A DNA stretch of 64,000 nucleotides, taken from contig OZ024740.1 in the NCBI GenBank assembly GCA_964016885.1, positions 382,788,001 through 382,852,000 of the forward strand. The letters are read 5' to 3'. The position numbers and the translations under genes are program-made. This stretch comes from Eledone cirrhosa. Its lineage: Eukaryota. The notes under the pieces are model-generated. The model saw only the letters and a list, made by a program, of their open reading frames with translations. It made no database searches and had not been told where the DNA came from. Positions 13,801 to 25,149 of the stretch are shown one piece after another; the first letter of the stretch is position 1; each line of letters begins with the position of its first letter.

Positions 13801-14286
13801 CAGTGCTACCGAGGAGCTTTGCCAGTTCGGGATAAACTCTACAGGCATGGAGGTGCCGTCAGCCGGGCATGTCCGAGATGCGCGCAGGGCGACGAAACCG
13901 TCCTGCACGCACTCGTCCAGTGTCCGAGCATTGCTGACTTGTGGGTTTATGTCGAACACCTGCTGTCACGTGTAGGACGGATCCAGCTATCAGCTGAGTC
14001 CATCGTGAGGATTGCCCCGCCCCCTTCCTTTAGCCTGGAAGGGCAGGCAGTTTTTATCTGTCTGGTGGCCATGGCGAAAGAGATAGTATGGTGGACACGT
14101 TTGAAAGGGCTGAAGACGAGCACTTACCTCTTCGGTGATGCCCTGATTAACTTTTTCAAATTTCATTTGAAAAGGAAAATCAGGGTAGAGAGGGAAGTGC
14201 TCTCTTCCCAGCATTTTGTTGAAAGATGGGTGAGAGAAGCAAGTATGGCCCGAATGAATGGGCCTTCTCTGAGTATGTGTCTGTAA
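10867..14286 (+). CDS. Tx1/L1 ORF2: APE endonuclease + reverse transcriptase + CCHC zinc finger (1139 aa, uninterrupted)
   Basis: APE motifs SINARG, ISET, VYAP, GDWN, YLDRVF and TDH. PGYWKLNAS linker. RT motifs KSPGLDG, FRPITLLN, DQSKAFD, QGCPLS and AYADD. C-terminal CPRC..ETVLHALVQC. Confidence 0.96.
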   Translation: MTSLRIGSINARGLGSSWKQGHLLNDLRSLNIDVVAISETRISEAQAFAPIFGGYDVYASPSRPGSGGGVAVLFRRGLDLAIRAIFLDPEGKSVVLDVTSGDGQAFRLVAVYAPTGAGRPDFFRRLETFLGTSRSLVLVGDWNGILDACWDCVGIVDREGGCKSLTNLLRRFELSDRYRMDFPNVPMWTWTNRIGSSRSYLDRVFCRETDRSSIGCPQFKIVSYTDHKFVICVLDLDRFHRRGPGYWKLNASLPARKAYRDRISELVKRALTGAIVNNKWWFALKRAIRIESIRFSKTLAIEKNRAEGELVRKLDEALSKGIATDVLAAKLALDQFFNAKHEGCVVRARVRALRHEGTKAVKWARVAEARRGNKATIRSLVDHDGRMLLDPGQMCEAFQRHFAQLFGGSGGPDRGMDFSVYLDGLPQLSATEAECCEKPITTDEVRDAMTSCTRGKSPGLDGLPHELYVQMPNLFGGLLADVYCNWQQNGRITSSVSRGAVALLRKDPNKGDNIDNFRPITLLNTEFKILAKVLAKRLALVVGGLVGEAQTCAIPDRSIHDNLHLMRYIVERVAREPGTGGFLINLDQSKAFDRVDHRYLTAVLRAAGFGPVFRGCIAAMHSDICSVVRVNGHLSEPFHIMRSVRQGCPLSSVLYVLTLEPLLHKLETLRGVPRELGCGRSVSAYADDVTVVVSNAKHIEAIGTTLREYEAVTGAMINQEKSVGLQLGTWRGRSMPSNSVVGRWTDGPVKLLGVWFGPDLQTDKNWDEVTSRVASLTQKWAERKLSLKGRAEVANAYIASVIYYRLTVVPCPKPRLTALERSLFRFLWKGRAPMVRRSICCQHPLRGGLGMPWLMMRRHALRLRHLHLFLDGDQVWSPFARHVFPQLVSLTELQSWVKRRPRGSAWRLECLQALTALDQSGNVIGGNSTLAFYRGLVEGKSDNVLGETLGGDEIQLANLFGRTFGPGPMDNFQKSLAWQCYRGALPVRDKLYRHGGAVSRACPRCAQGDETVLHALVQCPSIADLWVYVEHLLSRVGRIQLSAESIVRIAPPPSFSLEGQAVFICLVAMAKEIVWWTRLKGLKTSTYLFGDALINFFKFHLKRKIRVEREVLSSQHFVERWVREASMARMNGPSLSMCL

Positions 14287-14528
14287 ATTAAAGGTGGAAA
14301 ACTGGGAGAGGGCACTTTCCCTGGTGGTCAGGGCCACTGTGGTCTTTTAATGGGCTTTCTCCACAAATGTCCCTTGGAAGTCTCCCCCCTATTGGGGAAT
14401 TTTTCTTTGTTATTTTATTTCAACCTCTGTTTTTTTACACGCAGAAATGCCCATTTGTACCTTCCTGTATTGTCCTGTACTGTCCTTAATGTCTACTTTA
14501 TGTGAACCCTTGTGGTTAATAAAGAAAA

Positions 14529-14559
<31 letters not shown>

Positions 14560-14567
14560 GTTATTAC

Positions 14568-17365
14568 TCCTTGAGTCTCAGTCATTGATGTTAGTTAACT
14601 GCAAAGTTTGTTGGAATGAATATCAAGCCACTACCTACAGCCTCAGATATTCAGGACATATCGGAGGGTTCTTGCTGTTCCCAGCAAGCATGCCTTTTGA
14701 AGCGTTCCAAAAAGCGTGAAGGGGCCGATTTTCTTTAACCATCCCTGGAAACTTTTGGAGATAGTCCCTAGTGCGCCTATGACAATCGGGATCACTTTGA
14801 CTTTATGGCCGTTCCAAATCCTTTTTACCTCCCACTTTAAGTCCTGGTATCTGTTAATGTTCTCCCTCTCCTTCTCTTGCACTCTCGTGTCGAATGGGCA
14901 GACCACATCCACAATCAGGCACGATCTTTTTTCTTTGTCCACAACCACCAGGTCAGGTCTATTGTGTTCCAGTTTCTTGTCCGTCTGTATCCTAAAATCC
15001 CACAGCACCTTCACCTGATCGTTCCCTATCACCGCCTCTAGCTTATGCTCATACCATTTCTCAGAATGTGGTAAATTGTTTACTTTGCATAGGTGCCAGT
15101 GGATCACCCTGCCCATCACATCATGTCTCCAGCCCTTATAGTGGGTCTGGGCTAGGTGTTTACACTCGGACACAATGTGAGCCACAGTCTCCTCTCTCTC
15201 TCCACAGATCCTGCACAGTGGGCTAGCCTCCTCCATGTAAATATGGTGTTTCAACCACTTCGTTTCGAGGGCCTGCTCCTGCGCAGCCATTAACATTCCT
15301 TCTGTAGCCTTTTTAAGGTCTCCTCTTTTCAACCAGTTCCATGTCTGTGGATCTCTAAATTCAGTTTTCTCAAAGAATGTACTATGAAGGGACTTTTCCT
15401 GAAGGCTGCTCTTTCTCCTCGATGTTATTTCCTCCTTGGACATCCCCTGGCCTATTGTCCCCTCCTTCAGTACAGTTCTGAGCATTGGCTCCTTACTATC
15501 AGTCACGTATTTGTGTAGGTTGTTTTTCTCCATCTGAACACAGTCCTCTATGCTGATAAGACCTCTTCCACCCTCAGATCTCCTTAAGTAGAGTCTATCG
15601 ACATCACTCCTCTTGTGGAACATGTTGTAGATAGTCAATAGCTTCCTAGTCTTCCTATCCATTTCTTTTTGTTCAGCAACATTCCATCTCAGAATTCCCG
15701 CACTGTACCTAATAATAGACACAGCTCGGGAATTTACTGCGCTTATGGCATTTCTGCTGTTCAGATGTGACTTCAATACGCTCATTACTCTCCGAATGTA
15801 TTCAGTTCTTATCAATTTCTTCATTTTTTTGTTCTTGATGTCATCTGCCTCCAGAACACCCAAATACTTGTATCCTTATTCAGAGTCAATTTCATATATC
15901 ATCTCACCTATTGGTACCTGGATTCCGTTACTTCTGCTAAATTTACCCCTCTTCATCACAAGGACTCCACACTTACTAATACCAAATTGCATACATATAT
16001 CATTGCTGAAAATACGGACAGTGTCAACAAGCACATCCAACTCCTTCTCACTCTTCCTGAAGAGCTTAAGATCGTCCATGAAGAGAAGGTGATTAATGGT
16101 AAGCCCTCCCTTTCCCAACCATATCCTGCTCTCACTTTTCGCAGTACACTGGTCAGGGGCATCAGGGCAAGGACAAACAACAGAGGGGACAGACTATCTC
16201 CCTGGAAGATACCTCTCTTGATCTTCACGCTTTCCAAGGATTCTCCAGTTGATGTTAACTCTGTTTCCCAGGACTTCATACTTTTGCCCAACAACTGTCT
16301 GATGTTATCTGCCACCTTGAATATCTCCAGGCTTTTGGTGATCCAAGAATGAGGGACCATGTCAAATGCCTGTTTGTAGTCTATCCATCCCATGGCAAGA
16401 AAAGTGTGTCTCCTCTTGCAATTCCTCATTACCATCTTATCAATAAGTAACTGGTCCTTTGTACCACGTGACTTCTTTCGGCATCCTTTCTGTTCGTCCG
16501 GTAACAAGTTGTTTGTGTGGAGGTGATGGTAGATTTCCTCAGACATAATGCTCGTCAACAGTTTCCACATTACGGACAGGCATGTGATAGGTCTATAGTT
16601 GGTAACATCATTACCCTTGATTCGGTCTTTCATTATCAGAACTGTGGTACCTTTTGTCAACCACTCTGGTACCTCACCTGACATCAAGCAGTCATTGAAC
16701 ATGGTTGTCAGTTTCGGGTGGAGGGATGTTATATTTTTAATCCAATACCCCTGCACACCATCTGGGCCTGGTGATTTCCAGTTGGTTAGTTTTTTGGCCT
16801 GCCCCTTAAGAGTTTCAACTGTGATACTCAAATCAGTTTGTTGGTGTGCCTGTTCACTGATCAACTTCTGTACTGTCTCAATCCACACTGCCTGGTCATT
16901 ATGTCTAACATCCTGTTCCCATATTCCTCTTCAGAATGTTTTAGTTTCTTCCGCCTCAGGGATCAAGTCGTTGCCTCTTTCTTTCCCTTCAAGCTGTCCA
17001 AACAGCATCTTCTGGTTGTTCTCGAACATGCGGTTCTGTTTATACTGACTGACTCTGTTCTCGTATCGCCTGATTTTTGCACTCGTTGCTTCAGTTCTTC
17101 TATGATAATATTTAGCTTTTTCCTCCTAGTCTTGTACTTTATTTCGAGTCTATTTTTAGTGTCTATGTTTTTAGTGTCCCATTCAGTAGGGACGCAAGCT
17201 TTCCAATGTCATTTCTCATTTTCCTGATTTGACCACTTAGTCGTTTCTTCCACCAAGGCTCTGCTCTTTCTTATCTGTTGTTTCCTCTCGCTTTTATACC
17301 AAGTAGTTTCCTCACCGTATTTGCTGTTGCTTTGAGGATATTGTTGCACTGATGAAGGCTCCTCC
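14568..17365 (-). mobile_element. R4/Dong-like family 1 copy E, 5'-truncated, inverted relative to copies A, B and D
   Basis: ORFs 15956-16888, 15876-16118 and 14643-15863 (406 aa with a complete CCHC + PD-(D/E)xK C-terminus). 3' UTR runs into minus-strand (TAA)n. Confidence 0.93.
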
Positions 17366-17366
<1 letters not shown>

Positions 17367-17437
<71 letters not shown>

Positions 17438-17440
17438 TAT
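17367..17440 (+). repeat. (TTA)n microsatellite, right boundary of the LINE cluster
   Basis: Read directly. Confidence 0.97.
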
Positions 17441-17454
17441 ATATACATATATAT

Positions 17455-17513
17455 AAGATCCCGTGAAGAGTGAAAGCAGCAATTCTTTGCTTAAACTTTA
17501 ATCTGTTACTTTA
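17455..17513 (+). mobile_element. Short repeat-family fragment (same family as 27195-27316 and 32398-32459) with a degenerate hammerhead-like core
   Basis: AAGATCCCGTGAAGAGTGAAAGCAGCAATTCTTTGCTTAAACTTTAATCTGTTA recurs at the two other sites. Confidence 0.6.
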
Positions 17514-17525
17514 ATATATATATAT

Positions 17526-20025
17526 AAAATAAAATATATAAGTTAAATATTTAAAATTTGGCTTCGTTTATTACTTCTATATTTCGGTGACAGCTATACA
17601 CACGTACACACACCCACAGCCCACATGCCTACGCACATCCTCCCACCCACACACACACATGTAAGTATCGGTGCATGTACAATCTTAAATAACAGTTGTC
17701 ACAGGAGTCGATCGAGGCAGAGGTAGGGTCGAGCTGATGTCATTATTGCTAGAGGGAAGTTCCTATCCCAATGTGTTGTTACTGTCCATTTAGCTTGAGG
17801 AAGGTCCCGGCCCTGAGGTGTCTAAATGTCCCGAATAAGTGCATCCTGCGGTTTATCAGGCTGCTTCCACATCTTAGTATCTCGATCGAGGGTCTCGCTC
17901 AGACATAATTTGCAGATGCCACATCCCCCTTTATCAGGTGGTACTTTCCTGATTATGGACGAAGCCAGAGAGTACGGGGTCCTGTCCAGCATGAGCTTCC
18001 AGATCAGTTGGGATAGAGCCGTACTTTTCCTTTTATCGTCCCCATTGAAAAGAATGGCGTTGGTTATACCATCGGTCTTTAAAGCTCGTTGATGTGGCTC
18101 CTATATAAAGGTGTTCAGAGTTGGGGGGTTTTACTCTACATCCGTATATTATGTTCTTCCTAAGGCATTCATTATTAAGGCGGCATAATTCCGGGTTTCT
18201 GCAGTTGCAGGAGGTGGTCGACCTCCGCGTGCCTAGTGTGGGGTTCACGTCACGTGTTATATGGTGGACTTCCCTCGTGCCCGGTGGGGGTGGGGTGGGG
18301 GTGGGGGTGTTTAGGTTTGAAGGGTGGGCACTGGGTCCACCCTTCTTTCCTTCCTCATGGTTCTTCTGTGTGCTTATATTGCCAGCTTCTGGTTGTGTGT
18401 GGTTTTTAAGTCTACTCCTGTAGATACTAGCTATGTGTTGAGCCACATTTCTCGTGCTAGAATACGAGAGCTTCACAGTGTGTCTGTGGAAGATCTTGTG
18501 GTATCTATGGTCCCTCGGGAAGCATTTATCTAGTGCTCTAAAGAATGAGCGGGCCAAGCTGTTCTTTAGGCCCGCTGAGTAGGGCGGGTTGTACCACGTG
18601 ATTTTTCTGCGTCCACTCCTATGTGGGTGGGTTGAGCGTGCCGTGGGCTGTTGGGGAGTTGTTGGGCTGCTAGTGGTTCCCGCTATTGCTTCCCCTTGGG
18701 GCGCTATGTGTTTTGCTACCTTCTCGGCCCGAATCTCTGGGGTGGTTGTTGCCCGCAGTGGGAGCTCTACAATGGGATGGTCCCTCGTCAACCCCTCCAC
18801 GTTACTTGCGGTTGGGGGCGTCGGCCTCGGGGTGGTTAGTATCACCCCTGAGACCGCTACTCGTATTGGGTTTCCTCCCATGACTATGCGTACTCGCCCC
18901 CTCTCCCATCTGGTGGCGTCGGGCTCATGGTGCTTAGTTGTTTTCATTCTGCCTGTATTGTTAGGGTTCGCCTCCTCCCGAACATCGTGGGTGGGGGTGT
19001 CCTTTGGGCCATCCCCATCCTGGCGCCTCGGATTATATGATATATTTTCGCCATGCGCCGCCTTATTTAGAACTGCGTTGTAATATTCGGCGTTGCTATC
19101 GAAGATTTTCTTATTTACGGACAGGCTGGAGATCCTGTCCGAGACACTCTTCACCATGGCCTTAGTTATGAGTTATGGATCTAGGGTGGTTTGATTTGGC
19201 GTTAACATACACAAGTTTCTCGTCGGCCTTGTGGTAGGGGTAGTATTGCTCGGTGTTCAGGTTTAGGCTGGTGTCTAGGCAGCTAATTACCTTTCTATTT
19301 GGGTCCAGTTCGATACTGAGTTCTTGGTTCTTAAAGAAATGCCGAATACGCCTGTTCATTCTCTCCACCATAGTGGTGCTGTTGTCATAGACTGTGAAGA
19401 GAGCATCGTCATGATACAATCAGCCGCCCAGGCAGCGGATTTCATCTTTTATCTGCATCAGCAGGAAGAGCCCAAAAAGGTCCGTTACCTGTGCGCTGGA
19501 GCCCATCGTGATGTCAAAGTTTGGCCAATCACTCCTGGTCCAAAGGTCTCCGTCGAAACGGATCAAAGTCTTTCGTGCGGCGTGGATGATGCACCACTCC
19601 TCTCGGGTTAGGTCCGTATTGGACATCGCTAAAAACAGGACCTTGTTCAGTACAATGGGCGAGATATCCAGTTAGATAAAGCTGGTCCTACTCTTCCCAG
19701 GTGGTATCTTAAATCATTCTATCAGCTCTCCCGTGCTTGACCATGGCTGTAATCTAGTTTTTTCCGAAGCTTGGGCGAAACTCTATCTATTATGCTTTTA
19801 CTGACAATCCCTATGTCTGATCTGGAGGGGGCTATTAGTGTAACAAGGAGGTCGGACTCAAAGTTTGGCTTTTGATCTTTAAGGGTAATCCGCCGCTCCC
19901 CTTGGTCGGTATGGGCTGTCCTGTCCTCTATGTCGAGTCCGGATATAATCCTGTAAGCTGTGGCGTTGCTCTCATCCAGGGTAAATCCAGGTGCTGTTTT
20001 GTAGCATTTCCTCAGTTCCCTGAGA

Positions 20026-20027
<2 letters not shown>
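17526..20027 (-). mobile_element. Penelope-like element (Naiad-type RT + C-terminal GIY-YIG), 5'-truncated and disrupted
   Basis: RITLKDQKPNF..LIAPSRSDIG; FDITMGS; GG*LYHDDAL; CLDTSLNL; YVNAKSNHP; ITWYNPPYS; VKLSYS; CNCRNPELCRLNNECL..IIY..YIGAT..FKDRW; CKLCLSE. Coding remnant ends at ~17779. The 5' end abuts (TA)n at 20027. Confidence 0.9.
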
Positions 20028-20108
<81 letters not shown>

Positions 20109-21645
20109 CTTATATCTGTCTGTGCACCTATAGTCATCTAATTATGTGTCTTTCTTCGGACAAGTTTATAAATATAATCAAACCAAATAATAACATTCCG
20201 ACAATAGATAGTTAGACTGAGAAGCAAACGGAAATATAGATCGGCCGAGTGGCAAATAGATACAGACGTTGAATAAATTATAATTATATGGGTATATGTT
20301 TGAAAACGATTAAAAAATATGTAGAAATAATTACGGTAATAAATTTAAATGTAAAGGGAACCACAGACAAAGGGAGAAAATGGAGAAGATAAAAATGAAA
20401 ATAAAGAATTCAAGTGTCTTTACATTGACAGTAGTAATCAAGAAATTACAAAATGCCCTTTATTATAAACCCCGCCATTTTCGACGTGTAATATATTAGT
20501 AATATAATAATATTAATTTTGGCGACGTTGCTAAGCTTTTAGAAACTAACTTCTACTAACAAACCGAAACAAAGAGGTGAATTGCAGAATTGTTAGATCG
20601 ATAGTTTAAATCTCCTGCATTAATAGGGGGGTATCCTTATCTGCCACGGTCAATTCTAATTAAGTATAACTCAAAAGTATAACATAGTCCATACAATATA
20701 TGCCGTATATGAACGTCGATAAATTTAATGAACTACGTATTTTCAGAAATTCCGTGGCTCTATTGCCAGCCATAATATTTTGCAAGAAAATGCAAAACAT
20801 GTAATGTGATCATTTAGGCCTTATTGATAATGACCATCTCTGACATTTCTTTACCATCTGAAACTGTTATACAAGTTCTGAAAGATATGTATATTATAAA
20901 TCACCATCGACCCCCCCCCCCTCCACGCCCACAAACACAGATATAGAGACGCGTTCTTACTTTAACATAACACATATTTAATAAATACGCTAGTAATGAT
21001 GTATTGATAAATAATGCATAGACTATTATCTGATTGAGACAACTGACAAGTGGAATATATCTTTAAACAAATTTCAAACGTGTTTTGCTACTTAAAGTGT
21101 TTCAGTAGTGTTGTTATGTAAAGGTGAATTATTAATATCGAAAAATTATTTTAGACATTAATAAGCATATCTCCTAAGTTTTCTGCTGATTGATTGCATA
21201 CACACTTGGTTTTAATTTACATGTGACAAAATGAAGCATAATGTAATTTCCTTTAGTTTACATTAAGGCTATCTTGATGTATTCAATATAACGTAATACT
21301 TGATTTAAACAATGAAGTAACACACACCTTAGCAATGTGTGTAAGACAACAAACGTCGATGTAGTATTAGGAAACATTTTCAGGATTTGACTATACAACT
21401 ATCGAAAGCCTGCACTGTACTTCATTGATAATCACCTCTCATTGCATATTTCCATTCTGCTTTAGTCTACTTTAACTAATGCAAGTCAGTCCAGTTTCTT
21501 CATATGATCTGGGGAAAACATCATGAAAACATCGGAATAAACGTGGATGTACTTGTCATTGTGTCAGGATGAATACTTAGATTTGAAATCAAATGCAATG
21601 CTTAACACCCGTTAAACACATTACACTTTATTATGTTTTTATGAA

Positions 21646-21830
21646 GAGGGCGGTGAATTGGCAGTATCGGTAAAGGGTCGGACATGCTTTCTAGCATACT
21701 TACGTCCCTTTACGATCTCAGTTCAAATCCCGCCGAGGTTAACTTTGATTTTCATCGATACAGAGGTCGATAAAATAAAGTACCAGTAATGTACTGAGTT
21801 ATTGCTGGCCTTGTGTCAAAAGTAGAAACA
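21646..21830 (+). mobile_element. tRNA-derived SINE, full-length, with a 16-bp TSD
   Basis: A-box-like TGGCAGTATCGG and B-box GTTCAAATCCC. TSD ATTATGTTTTTATGAA at 21630-21645 and 21831-21846. Confidence 0.88.
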
Positions 21831-22944
21831 ATTATGTTTTTATGAATCATATTTGAGTTTTAGGTTTGTTTGATTATTTTGCTATCAGCTATTTTTATTG
21901 GTATATGAAAATACTAACAGAAATGTTATCCGGTATTAGTTTTCACTCAATCAACATTTATCGTTTTAATTCATTATGTAATGGAATTCTGAACCTATCG
22001 ATATTAAGTATTGACATATTTAGAGAATATATCAATAGTGTAATGAATCCACCATTTTAACTTGTAGATGAAATTTTGATGTTGAAACGTATTTAAATAC
22101 AACGTATGGATGAAAGAAAAGAGTGAATATTATATAAATCATTAAAACAAGTTAGATAATAAACAGTCAACAGAAATTTTATTAGAATAAAAATATATAA
22201 ATAAATAACGTGCCCTGAAACATGCTTCTGATGTATTGATACGTAAGTTAATAAACATTATGAACACACTTACTCCTTACAAATAGATGGAACACACAAA
22301 TGATAACTTATATAACTAATGATTAAAAGCTAAATTCATGAAGTAACACTTTGGTATGATTTGTATGAGAAAATATGGGCCTGCGTTTCTACAGTAATGT
22401 GAGTATATTTAAATATGTATATACATGCGTGCTGAACATATATTAGATAGGGTGCCAATAAATGATCAATGGATTCCAAATCCGGTATTAATATTTCCTG
22501 CTTTACGTCTTTGATGGTCTATTGAGTAGTATTCCTTTACGTTTAATATACAACGATCCCTTATATGATCGCCGAAACTTCAATAATACATCCTACGTAT
22601 GAATTAAGGAATATATGTAAATCATTCTAATTCGTTCCATTTATAAACGCTTGATCTCGGAACTAACTGTCATTGCAGGAAAAGTATACCCCTAAGATTT
22701 CATGAGTTAATGAATACTCATGTAATTTTAGAAAACGCGTGTGTGAATTTATTTCTTAAACATTTGTTACTAATAATATTTTAAATGCTTCTAGTGATAT
22801 ATTGATGATTGAATTTTTGCGGGTTTTTTTAAATATTCATTTGATGATATTCCTTCACTCTTCTAAAATTAACGGGTTTAATTTCATCACTTCATCTACA
22901 AAATAAGATTTCAATTTGGTCTGCAGTTGCTAGAGGCTTATATA

Positions 22945-23198
<254 letters not shown>

Positions 23199-25149
23199 TA
23201 TGGGGGAATGTGTGCATCTAAACGTTGTTTATCAGAGAAAGCCCGATGGAAATGTGTAACTTGATGCAGTTTATCTATTCGTTCATGTTATTTGAATTCC
23301 CAAATTATAAATAAACCGTTGGCAATAGTATCAAACGAATAGAGCGATGACAGTATATTCTCCTCAAGGCGTGAATAAACTCAATTGAAAAGATACTTAA
23401 CCACTTAGTTAATAAACCGAAGCTTTGAGTTCATCTAATCGTATTACAGACGGTGGATCATAATTGAATGTGATGCTCATATCATGGTATTAATACCAGT
23501 TGTGGTCATTTTCCGCCGACATCTAAATATTCTGTCAGAGCAAGAATGTTCTTCGTTCAATTTAGTTGATCAATATATAGTTACGCGTGAATAATTTGTA
23601 TCAAAGTGTATGTCACATTTCTTTCGACAATTACTGATTATCCGTCTGAGAAAATTGAATTCCGAACTCTTGCAGTGAAAGTGGCAAGCATTCATGCATT
23701 AATAACTGCATGATAAATAATGCTGATTCTATGCTAAAAACGTATCTGTATATTTAGACATATTTCCTGAAGAAACAGCTAACGTCTGTTAGAATTTCAC
23801 ACTTATTTAAACTTCATAAAGATGCATGGATGCACGTGTGGTTGTATGTTTGTGTGTATATATAAATGGTATATGCATATAATATACGTCCTTCAATATG
23901 TATGTGAGAATTTCAATCATTACTATATGTACGTTAACATGTTATATGTATGTATATAACTATATGAGCATCTGTGAAAATATTGTTACAAGTGTGCAGT
24001 TATTTCTATGCCATTCGCCTGTTATCTGCCCACTGATATAACACATACTCTCCATCTTGCGCAAACCTTTCTGTCACTCTTTCTACACCGCAAATGTGTG
24101 TATGTGTGTGTGGATGGAGGGGTTGGGGTATGTGCGTGTGAATGTGCGTGTAAGTATGTGCGTGTGTCTATGTGCGTGTGTGTATGTGTGCCTTTCAGTA
24201 TGAGTGGGTGTATATGTGCGTGCTTTTTAATGTTTCCAATGAAGAATATTGTTAGCAAACGTATGCACACACGAAAAAAGTGACTTGACGGAAGTATATA
24301 TCTAGCAAATGATGAACTGATCGATGATGGATGAATGGCAAATTTATAAATTCTGATATATATTCTGTAAAGCAATGGAAATGTATTTGGCAGACTTGCC
24401 ATCTTTTTGGGGTGAAGTCACAACATTAACTGATCTGTGTAGCAGTTATGAAGATTGCAAGATTAATGATTTCCTATTTTTTCTGGCATGTCTTTTAGAC
24501 ACATAGAATATAGATGGTATAATCTATTTAATATTCCCATGTTCATAATTGTAACTTATTTTATCATATATATATTTTCCCTTAGGAGATTCTTTTCCGG
24601 CTCTGTTTCACTAGCATATATCAAAGCTCAGTGCTGAAACCTATTAAATATTATACGCCACCATTTCTGCTACTTCCCAATCATTACATTTAAATCCTAA
24701 ACCGAAATTAACTATGTAATTCTTATGTACGTTGATAGTTTGGTTGAATTTCCCGTCTATCTATGATAAGAATCATAGTTATATCATATATACTAACCCC
24801 ATGACAGAGTCAAATATGTTGTTATTCTCACTATAAGAGACTAGAGTACGCGCACACAAATCCACCAACGTAATCACCCACCCACACATTGGCATAAACA
24901 TACACACATATGCACGAACACATATACTCATACATATTATGGGTCATATACGCGAACATTCATTCCGCAAATATATGATTCAAGGATAATTGCCAGCTAT
25001 ACATATAGGCGGACTGTACACACATGTCTGAATGATATATATAATTAGGATTTAACTTCAGGCATAGCTGTATATAGAGATGTATAGAAATTTCGTATTT
25101 CTAAGGAAACACGGTAGGTAAGCATTTAGAAAGCCGTAGTTATGCAAAG

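Larger units (their letters stand above)
8647..14530 (+). mobile_element. Full-length Tx1/L1-clade LINE (5' UTR, ORF1, ORF2, 3' UTR) inserted in a (TTA)n tract
   Basis: (TTA)n at 8622-8646 and 14530-14566 on either side. Two-ORF layout. AATAAA at 14518-14523 just before the 3' junction. Confidence 0.9.

Noticed and set aside
153-17227. Antisense and alternate-frame ORFs over the LINE copies
   Set aside because: Shadow ORFs of RT coding sequence. They recur only because the elements are repeated.
3436-17440. CRISPR-like repeat-spacer array
   Set aside because: The repeats are simple trinucleotide tracts and the intervening segments are kb-scale retroelements in a eukaryotic context.
21646-21735. 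tRNA gene
   Set aside because: The A and B boxes belong to a SINE head with a body, tail and TSD, and no cloverleaf is evident.
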